Under the pieces are notes generated by a model. The model was not told the origin of the DNA, ran no database searches, and saw nothing but the letters and a program-made list of their open reading frames with translations. This document shows positions 47,908-55,175 of a stretch of DNA of 56,412 nt, in pieces. Origin of the DNA: an uncultured Candidatus Bathyarchaeia archaeon (GTDB lineage: Archaea; Thermoproteota; Bathyarchaeia; TCS64); assembly GCA_964513225.1 (NCBI GenBank), contig CAZEMD010000001.1:1-56412 (forward strand), written 5' to 3'. Made by a program: the position numbers and the translations under genes. The stretch's first letter is position 1. Each line of letters begins with the position of its first letter.

Positions 47908-47957
47908 TCCTGCCCCCGGGTTTTCAAGTTCTTGCTCCAGGGCCGGCAACACTCCCC
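47908..47957. repeat. conserved about 50-nt element, copy 1 (tcctgcccccggg - spacer - cttgctccagggccggcaacactcccc)
   Basis: Both blocks recur identically at 49033-49083. Each copy lies downstream of a tbp paralog. Confidence 0.6.
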
Positions 47958-48013
47958 ATCCCTTAAACTAAAATTATATCAGTGTCTGAGGGAATTACCC
48001 GACGCTTATATTT

Positions 48014-48190
48014 TTAAGTTTCTCTCACACCCGGTTTGATCCCTAGCTCTTCCAGCCTTCAACGGACGGCGTCCCTGATGAACTCTGTCTTAGTCATGTA
48101 ACCAGCTAATCTGATGGCCTCCTCCAAGGCTTTGTTAAGCTGTCTATTCACGGGCACATTCCAATAAGTGAGGCCACTCTTCCCTTCTAT
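48014..48190 (-). pseudogene. ribbon-helix-helix (CopG/Arc-like) gene remnant
   Basis: The minus-strand translation is (I)EGKSGLTYWNVPVNRQLNKALEEAIRLAGYMTKTEFIRDAVR*RLEELGIKPGVRET. It has no canonical start upstream of the beta strand (ATA at 48188-48190) and one in-frame TGA at 48059-48061. Confidence 0.3.
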
Positions 48191-48341
48191 GTCTTCACAT
48201 CTTGAATGGTTTCTTAGTAACAGTTAAGGCAGGATAGTATACGATGTAGATGCTTTAACGAAGAGCATAAGGGAAGGGCGTGCCCCCGAGGGAGGGCTGT
48301 ACAGTGTCAACGCGTGAAAAAGGGGAACTTGGGCTTTGGTA

Positions 48342-48893
48342 ATGGCTAACAAGTACAAGGTTGTGATACAGAACGTCGTGGCTACGGCCGCCCTAGGAAC
48401 CAAGATAGACCTAATCGCAATAATGAAGAACTTCAGGAACGTCGAGTACAGACCCAAGAAGTTTCCCGGCCTAGTCTTTCGGCTGAAAAGACCGAAGACG
48501 GCCACCCTGATCTTCACGACGGGGAAGATGGTGTGTACAGGTGCCAAGTCGGAGAAGCTGGCTAGGAGCGCCGTGAAGAACGTGGTGAGGGAGCTGAAGA
48601 AATCGGGCTTCATAATAAATAAGTTTCCAGATGTAGTCATCCAGAACATGGTGGCCTCCGCGCATCTAGGCGGTAAGGCTGACCTAGAGGCAGCGGCCGA
48701 TATACTGGATAACATAATGTATGAGCCTGAGCAGTTCCCGGGGGCCGTCTACAGGATGGATGAACCCAAGGTAGTCATACTGATATTCTCCTCGGGAAGC
48801 CTCGTTATAACCGGTGCAAAGAGCGAAGAACAGGTCCACGAGGCCGCAGAGAAGATTCATGGAATACTATTGGAGAACGGGTTAATTTACTAG
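48342..48893 (+). CDS. tbp: TATA-box-binding protein, paralog 2
   Basis: It has the same two-repeat architecture and is roughly two-thirds identical to paralog 1 by eye. The start is the ATG at 48342, and the tracked TTG is at 48336. Confidence 0.9.
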   Translation: MANKYKVVIQNVVATAALGTKIDLIAIMKNFRNVEYRPKKFPGLVFRLKRPKTATLIFTTGKMVCTGAKSEKLARSAVKNVVRELKKSGFIINKFPDVVIQNMVASAHLGGKADLEAAADILDNIMYEPEQFPGAVYRMDEPKVVILIFSSGSLVITGAKSEEQVHEAAEKIHGILLENGLIY

Positions 48894-49032
48894 CATATCC
48901 GCACATAAGGTTTAAGGTGTGATGCGTGCCGTTGAATGGTGGGAAGGGCTAGGGGCCTAATGGAGACACGTGATCCTGGATACCGGGGAAATCGTTGCAA
49001 GGAGAATACCAGTGGATCCGGCCAGGCGAGCA

Positions 49033-49083
49033 TCCTGCCCCCGGGATTCTTTCACCCTTGCTCCAGGGCCGGCAACACTCCCC
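49033..49083. repeat. conserved about 50-nt element, copy 2
   Basis: See 47908-47957. Confidence 0.6.
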
Positions 49084-49268
49084 ACCACCAGAAACCATGC
49101 CCGAAATAAATCCTGTGTATATTTTAAAAATTTTTAATATTCTTTTCTCTTTCGATTGGTTGATAATCCACAATAGACCCCATGATATATAACCATATTT
49201 TGTGGGTCTATACCCGCGCAATCCATAATTTTATCACGATAACGGCGTGGTTCATAGCGTGGAATCTG

Positions 49269-49475
49269 ATGGTCAACAAGAACGATAAGCAGCCTCACGA
49301 GGAGATACTCCTCGAAGACCTGAAGGACATGGACAACCTTTTACAGTCGTGCATACGGGACATAGAGACCTTCAAGAACAAGTCCAAGATATTCCGGGAG
49401 CTCCTCGTGATGGCGAGGGACAACCTGGACGAGGCGATCAGGCGCATCGACAAGATGGTGGAGGAGTCGGGGTAG
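49269..49475 (+). CDS. small charged helical hypothetical protein (68 aa)
   Basis: MVNKNDKQPHEEILLEDLKDMDNLLQSCIRDIETFKNKSKIFRELLVMARDNLDEAIRRIDKMVEESG. The upstream part of the tracked ORF is AT-rich and implausible. Confidence 0.4.
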   Translation: MVNKNDKQPHEEILLEDLKDMDNLLQSCIRDIETFKNKSKIFRELLVMARDNLDEAIRRIDKMVEESG

Positions 49476-49525
49476 CCGCCCCATAGTTTTATCCCCGCCT
49501 CACCCCAGTCTAGGAACGAGATTTA

Positions 49526-50047
49526 ATGGATACGCAGACGCTCATCGTGGTGACGGCGGGCGCGTCGGTGGCTGTCGTCGTCGCCTGCGCATACATCATA
49601 GGCACACGGATCATGGGGCTCAGGAGGGAGGAGCTGGAGACCGCCAGGGCGAGACGCCACCTCGAACTGGTCAGGTTCATGACCGACGAGAAGTTCAGCC
49701 GCGCCGTCACGGATATCCTGTGGAGGTGGCAGTGGACCGACTACGACGACTACTGGAGCAAGTACAGCCCCCGGAATGACCCGGACGCCAACGTCACGAG
49801 ACGCCTAGCGAGGGACTACTACGTCGGCCTGGCGTCCCTGGTCCGAAGCGGGGCGGCGTCCATCGAGCAGGTCTACGAGCTGAACCCCTCGGGCGTCACA
49901 CGTTACTGGGAGAAGATAGGCCCCATAGCCCGCGAGTTCAGGCGGCGTAACGAGTACCCCGACTATCTTGAGCCAGTGGAGTACCTAGCCGACGAGATGG
50001 AGAAGCTGAGGGAGCGGAGAGGCGTGTCGGGCCCCAAGAAGCTCTAG
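49526..50047 (+). CDS. hypothetical protein with an N-terminal membrane anchor
   Basis: N-terminal LIVVTAGASVAVVVACAYIIG followed by a Trp/Tyr/Arg-rich soluble domain. It overlaps the serpin gene end by 4 nt (convergent). Confidence 0.5.
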   Translation: MDTQTLIVVTAGASVAVVVACAYIIGTRIMGLRREELETARARRHLELVRFMTDEKFSRAVTDILWRWQWTDYDDYWSKYSPRNDPDANVTRRLARDYYVGLASLVRSGAASIEQVYELNPSGVTRYWEKIGPIAREFRRRNEYPDYLEPVEYLADEMEKLRERRGVSGPKKL

Positions 50048-51300
50048 GATGGGTCCATAACCCGCCCAATGAACAGTATCAGCCCCGTATCCCTGTCCCG
50101 TATGGTAAATATGAAGGGGTGATCGGCTCTGAACACCTCCAGTATCGGCATCGACTCACGCATCACCACCCCGGTGGCCGCCGCAGCCTCCGTCCCCTCC
50201 TCGTTAACATCGATGTAGGCTTGGTGGACGACGTGTCCAATATACAGCCCTCCATCAGACATGCCGCTGAAGTCAGCTGAACCCGTGAACGCTGTTGGCA
50301 TCCCCATCTCTTCTAGGTCGTTACCCATCATATACTTGGTCTCGAACTGAAACCTCGGCAGATAGACGTCGAGCTGCGTCGGCTCAAGCAGGTTAAGCCA
50401 CCTTCCATAGTCTTCGAGGGTGAAGCCGTTTTCAAACTCGTGTATGTCGTTGGTTTGTGGAAGGACAATGATCATCGACAGATCTTCGCCCTTGTACGGT
50501 AGCTCCAGAATCTGGGCGTCCCCCGTGTCGACGTAGCCGAAATATCCTTCCTGCATCTTCATCATGTCCACCTCCACGGTCTCCAGCGAGGCTACATGGA
50601 ACTCGGATGGGGTCGTGAGCTCCTCGTCGAACATCTTCACCCAGTCTCCCTTGAAGTAGATGGCGTTGGTCAGCACCAGCCGTGCATCCACAAGCATGTC
50701 GGGGGATAGCAGGTCTTTGATCTTGTCGTTAGTCCGCTCCTCGACCCAGTTGTTAACTGTTTCAGCTGCCTTCACCGCGTCTCCGAAGTCGATCACGTTG
50801 GAGTCTCCCCCGTAGTAGTCCTCCACGGCGCTGACGTAGTCCTCTTTGAATGGGTAGCCCTCTTGCATCCAGAGAGCGTTCGCGGTGTGAAGCGTGTAGG
50901 GCCGGTCCTTGCCGTTCAGTATGTTGAAGACCTTCGCGGCGCCAGACCTCCTCTCGGCGTTGTCTTCGCTCCAGTGGAAAACCGACTGCATCTCCTCAGC
51001 GGTCGTGCCCTTTGCACCCTCGTAGGTCATGGATAACGCCGTCGAGATGCTGTACGGCGAGTAGAACACGTTGTCCTCGCCGGCGCTGTACCTGTTGTAG
51101 AGGTCGAAGGCGAACAGGTTACTCGCGTCGACGGTGGCCTCAAGAGACTCTGGGGTGGCCACGCTGTCGTCGAGGACGGGGACATTCAGCTTCGCCGTTA
51201 CCTCGGACCCACCGGGGTTCTCCAGAAAGTAGACGAGCCCTGCAGCACCTATCACTAGCGCTAAGAAGGCGGCGACCAGAACGACTGAACGTCTATACAT
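50044..51300 (-). CDS. serpin (serine protease inhibitor) with an N-terminal signal/anchor segment
   Basis: FSPYSISTALSMTYEGAKGTTAEEM, NAIYFKGDW, the hinge and reactive-centre loop EEGTEAAAATGVVM, and ADHPFIFTIRD. The N-terminal VVLVAAFLALVIGAAGLVYF is hydrophobic. Confidence 0.85.
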   Translation of the reverse strand: MYRRSVVLVAAFLALVIGAAGLVYFLENPGGSEVTAKLNVPVLDDSVATPESLEATVDASNLFAFDLYNRYSAGEDNVFYSPYSISTALSMTYEGAKGTTAEEMQSVFHWSEDNAERRSGAAKVFNILNGKDRPYTLHTANALWMQEGYPFKEDYVSAVEDYYGGDSNVIDFGDAVKAAETVNNWVEERTNDKIKDLLSPDMLVDARLVLTNAIYFKGDWVKMFDEELTTPSEFHVASLETVEVDMMKMQEGYFGYVDTGDAQILELPYKGEDLSMIIVLPQTNDIHEFENGFTLEDYGRWLNLLEPTQLDVYLPRFQFETKYMMGNDLEEMGMPTAFTGSADFSGMSDGGLYIGHVVHQAYIDVNEEGTEAAAATGVVMRESMPILEVFRADHPFIFTIRDRDTGLILFIGRVMDPS

Positions 51301-51418
51301 GTTGCGTCGTATCCATTACGACGAGATTCATTATAATACTACAGTTTAGAACACTCTGAAGCGGCTTAAACGTTCAAGAACGAGACACGGTTCTCAAGTC
51401 TTATTATACGAGTCACCC

Positions 51419-52519
51419 ATGATCATAGCCGGTTCTATGAAAGAGGTTGACATGTTCAAGATGAACACGGGCCTCAGCCTCCACGAGCAGTACATGAAGC
51501 ACCACCCCCAGGTGCTCTCTGGGTTCGAGGAGGAGATGCCCAAGTACTGGGGCAAGAAGTGGAAGGCCAACACCACCATAGGCAAGCTCCGCACCGTCCT
51601 CCTCCACCGCCCAGGAAAAGAGTTCCTCAGCGTCGGCAAACCCACGCCGTGGCCGCCCCACAGCGCCGACCTGGCCGCGTGGCGGATGAGCTGGAAGCCC
51701 AAGGACCTATCCCGGCTCACCGAGGACTACGAGCGGCTGAAGAAGGCGTACAGGGACGAGGGCGTCGAGGTTGTTGAACGCAAGCCCGACTCTTATGATC
51801 CGCCGTACCAGGTTAAGGCCATCTACACGGACGACGTCTGCCATCCAGCGGTGTACGGCCAGGTGATACTTCGGATGTACGACTACATCCGGAGAGGCGA
51901 GGAGGTGCCCACCTACCAGACCCTAGCCGAGATGGGGTGCCCCGTCGTCGGCATGATCACCGGGAACGGGATGGCTGAGGGAGGCAACATCGGGTGGCAC
52001 GACGAGAAACACGTGCTGGTGACGGTTCACTACCCTCGGGCCAACACGAGCGCCCCCGGCGTCTGGAGGGCAAACGACTGGGGCAACACCCAGTTCAAGA
52101 ACATCATCCACAGCCAGGACCCTGAGGTGGATGTCAGGATACTGTCCGGGTGGGGCCCCAGGCCGCAGCTCACCCACTACTGCATGGTGGACAGGCATAC
52201 CAGTGTGGCGGACCCCAAGTGGCTCGACCCCTACCTGCTGGAGTGGCTCAAGGCCGAGATGGAGTGGAGGTTCATCGTGCCCCCAGACGAGCTCTGCCGG
52301 ATAGACCAGGGCACGCCGGTGGGCCCAGAGACAGGCGTCGTGCTTGAGCCCATGAAGATCATCGTGCCCACCGGCTCGCCGAAGGCCACCAAGTGGCTTG
52401 AGAGCGTCGGAGTCGACGTGGTCGAGGTGGATATCCCAACCCTGGTGTGGCCCATGAACAGCGGCAGCATCCACTGCGCCGCCGGCTCCCTGAGGCGTGA
52501 CCCTGAACCCAGAGACTAG
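51419..52519 (+). CDS. amidinotransferase/arginine-deiminase-fold (guanidino-group-modifying) enzyme
   Basis: The C-terminal NSGSIHCAAGSL has the Cys nucleophile context of this fold, and there is an internal GNGMAEGGN motif. The start codon is uncertain, with several Met in the first 15 codons. Confidence 0.6.
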   Translation: MIIAGSMKEVDMFKMNTGLSLHEQYMKHHPQVLSGFEEEMPKYWGKKWKANTTIGKLRTVLLHRPGKEFLSVGKPTPWPPHSADLAAWRMSWKPKDLSRLTEDYERLKKAYRDEGVEVVERKPDSYDPPYQVKAIYTDDVCHPAVYGQVILRMYDYIRRGEEVPTYQTLAEMGCPVVGMITGNGMAEGGNIGWHDEKHVLVTVHYPRANTSAPGVWRANDWGNTQFKNIIHSQDPEVDVRILSGWGPRPQLTHYCMVDRHTSVADPKWLDPYLLEWLKAEMEWRFIVPPDELCRIDQGTPVGPETGVVLEPMKIIVPTGSPKATKWLESVGVDVVEVDIPTLVWPMNSGSIHCAAGSLRRDPEPRD

Positions 52520-52579
52520 CCCTCTCCCCATATTTTATCGGTGAAAAAGCTCTTCAAAGTGAAGAGCCAATGAATCACG

Positions 52580-53221
52580 TTGCAGACCATTAACCAGATC
52601 CGTGAGACGTTCCGGAGCCGGAACGTGGCGGTCCTCACGGGCACCCAGACGCTCTGGATGTTCGCGGCGTTCCTGTGGTGGCCCTACAGGAGCCTGTTCA
52701 TCCTCGAGCTGGGAGCGACCAAGGAGACGCTGGGGATGCTCCTCATGATAGAGACCCTGGGGCAGGTCGTGTTCCAGCTCCCCGGGAGCATGCTGGCGGA
52801 CCACGTAGGGCGGAAACCGTGCATCATCGTCTCGAGGATACTGTCCCCGCTGTCGACGATCGGGTTCACGTTTTCCAGCAGCTTCTGGCAGATGGGAGTC
52901 ACCAGGGCCCTGGGCGGCGTAGCTCAGGGGTTCGGCGGCCTGGTGTGGGGCCCCGTGGGGGGCCCGGTCTGGCAGGCCCTGGTGGCCGACCTGACGACCC
53001 CGCAGAGCAGGGGCAGGATGATGGGGCTCATGGGGTCGATAGCCGGCGTCGTGAGCACGCCGGCGTCGTGGATGGGCGGCTACATGTACGACAACGTATC
53101 GCCCAAGCTGCCTTTCCAGACGAGCTTCCTCATAGACATCTTAGGCACAATCATATTCGTGATGTTTTTGAAGGAGCCTGAAAGAGCCCGCCCGAAGGTT
53201 GAGCCCGTTGAAACGCCGTGA
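52580..53221 (+). CDS. half-size MFS protein (N-terminal six-helix half only)
   Basis: It has six hydrophobic segments, motif-A-like LADHVGRKP and ADLTTPQSRGRMMG, and stops right after helix 6. It has a TTG start. Confidence 0.55.
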   Translation: MQTINQIRETFRSRNVAVLTGTQTLWMFAAFLWWPYRSLFILELGATKETLGMLLMIETLGQVVFQLPGSMLADHVGRKPCIIVSRILSPLSTIGFTFSSSFWQMGVTRALGGVAQGFGGLVWGPVGGPVWQALVADLTTPQSRGRMMGLMGSIAGVVSTPASWMGGYMYDNVSPKLPFQTSFLIDILGTIIFVMFLKEPERARPKVEPVETP

Positions 53222-53284
53222 CGGGGCCGGCTCCCCTAGAAACCGTGAAAAGCTCTGAGCACATCACTTATTCTGTGAGTTAAC

Positions 53285-54421
53285 GTGAAGGCGATTGTTC
53301 TAGGCTGCGGTAAGATCGGGGCCATCATTGGGCGGGAGTTCGCCCAGTGCTTGCCCGGCTCGAAGGTCACCATGGCCGACATAGATGAGGCGAGGGCGAA
53401 GGAGGCCGCGTCCCGTATACCGGGGGCCGGCTGGACGACCATCGACACGGCAGACTACCAGTCCCTCCTCGGGAAGATCGAGGGTCACGACCTGACCCTG
53501 GGCGCCCTCCCGGGGGACTACGGCTACGCGGCGCTGAAGGCGTCGGTGGAGGCCGGGGTCGACATGCTCGACGTGTCGTTCTCCCCGGAGGACCCATCCC
53601 AGCTAGACGGGGCCGCGAAGGAGAACGGCGTAACCGTGGTCCCTGACTGCGGCGTGGCCCCGGGGCTGTCCAACATACTGGTGAGCTACGGGGCGTCGAG
53701 GCTGGACACGGTGGAGAAGGCCCACGTCATGGTGGGCGGCATACCCGAGGAGCCGGTGCCGCCCCTCGGCTACACCATCACCTGGTCGGCGGAGGGCCTG
53801 ATAGACGAGTACGTCAGGGACGTCCGCATCATCGAGGGCGGCGAGGTCGTCGAGGTGCCGGCGCTGAGCGGCCTCGAGGAGATAGAGTTCCCGGGCGTCG
53901 GGACGCTAGAGGCTTTCTACACGGATGGGCTGCGCACCTTGGCAGAATCTCTGCCGGGCGTCGAGGAGATGTGGGAGAAGACCCTCCGCTACCCGGGCCA
54001 CGTGGAGAAGGTTAGGCTCCTCAGGGACCTGGGGTTCTTCTCGGACGCCCCCGTCACGGTGAAGGGGGAGCCCGTGTCGCCGAGGCTCGCCACGGCCCGG
54101 CTGCTTGAGAGGAGCCTCTGGATGCCGGAGGTGGGCGACCTCCTCGCGATGCAGATCACGGTCCAAGGCAAGGCTGCCGGGGAGGAACGGGGATACGTCT
54201 TCAGGGTCCTCGACCGCTACGACCACATGGGCAAGGTCTCCGCGATGGCGCGCACCACCGGTTACACGGCGGCCATCGTCGCGGGGATGCTCGCGGAGGG
54301 AAAGATAGGCGAGAAAGGCGTCGTACCGCCGGAGAAGCTGGGTATGAAGGAGTGGTTCACGAGGTCCCTGCTCGCAGAGCTGAAGAAACGAGACATAGTG
54401 ATCGAGGAGACACTGGTCTAA
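53285..54421 (+). CDS. saccharopine-dehydrogenase-family NAD(P) oxidoreductase
   Basis: The N-terminal KAIVLGCGKIGAIIGREF Rossmann loop, VPDCGVAPGLSN, and a YPGH segment, with length 378 aa. It has a GTG start. Confidence 0.7.
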   Translation: MKAIVLGCGKIGAIIGREFAQCLPGSKVTMADIDEARAKEAASRIPGAGWTTIDTADYQSLLGKIEGHDLTLGALPGDYGYAALKASVEAGVDMLDVSFSPEDPSQLDGAAKENGVTVVPDCGVAPGLSNILVSYGASRLDTVEKAHVMVGGIPEEPVPPLGYTITWSAEGLIDEYVRDVRIIEGGEVVEVPALSGLEEIEFPGVGTLEAFYTDGLRTLAESLPGVEEMWEKTLRYPGHVEKVRLLRDLGFFSDAPVTVKGEPVSPRLATARLLERSLWMPEVGDLLAMQITVQGKAAGEERGYVFRVLDRYDHMGKVSAMARTTGYTAAIVAGMLAEGKIGEKGVVPPEKLGMKEWFTRSLLAELKKRDIVIEETLV

Positions 54422-54473
54422 GCTTCCCCTCTTTTCAGGTAAACTTGTAATACCCTTAGCCAATGGTATAGGG

Positions 54474-55172
54474 ATGACGTTCAAGGCGGTTATCCTCGAC
54501 TTCGGCGGCACCCTAGCTGACGGCGGCCTAGAGTGGGACCCCTACCACGAGGCCATAAGGATCATTCTCACGGGGAAAGGCTACAGCGTGGAGATGGGGG
54601 AGCTGAAACGCGCCCTCAGGGGAGCCCTGCAGGAGCTGAACAAGTTACGCGCCCGCGGCAAGGAGAGGACGTTCGAGGAGGTCTACGCCACGTTTCTCCG
54701 GCGGCTGGGGGTACCCGAGGACGCCGAGCTCCTGGGGCTTCTCCACGACAACTTCAAGATGTACTACAGGACCGAGTACTTCCACTGCGTCGAGGACGTC
54801 CTCAAGGAGCTGTCCAGCAGGTACAAGGTGGCGCTGCTAAGCAACACCATGAGCGACCAGCCGAGGGAGCTTCTCCGGGAAGGCGGCCTCGACAGGTACT
54901 TCGACCTCATCGTCTGCAGCAGGGACACGGGCGTCAGGAAGCCCAACCCCGAGATATTCAGGCTGGTGCTGTCCGAGCTGGGGGTGGAGCCTGGGGAGGC
55001 GGTGCACGTGGGGGACAGCGTCGAGGCAGACATGTACGGGGCGCAGGACAGCGGCGTCACCGGGGTCTGGATACGGTCCCCGGATCAGCCGCTGTGGAAC
55101 GGGTACGCCGTCGACAGCATCTGCGAGCTCCCCCGGCTCCTCCGGGAGATCGAGGCCGGGGAAACTTCTTAG
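54474..55172 (+). CDS. HAD-superfamily hydrolase
   Basis: Motif I VILDFGGTL, motif II LLSNT, motif III KPNPEIF and motif IV VGDSVEADMYGA. Confidence 0.85.
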   Translation: MTFKAVILDFGGTLADGGLEWDPYHEAIRIILTGKGYSVEMGELKRALRGALQELNKLRARGKERTFEEVYATFLRRLGVPEDAELLGLLHDNFKMYYRTEYFHCVEDVLKELSSRYKVALLSNTMSDQPRELLREGGLDRYFDLIVCSRDTGVRKPNPEIFRLVLSELGVEPGEAVHVGDSVEADMYGAQDSGVTGVWIRSPDQPLWNGYAVDSICELPRLLREIEAGETS

Positions 55173-55175
55173 CCG

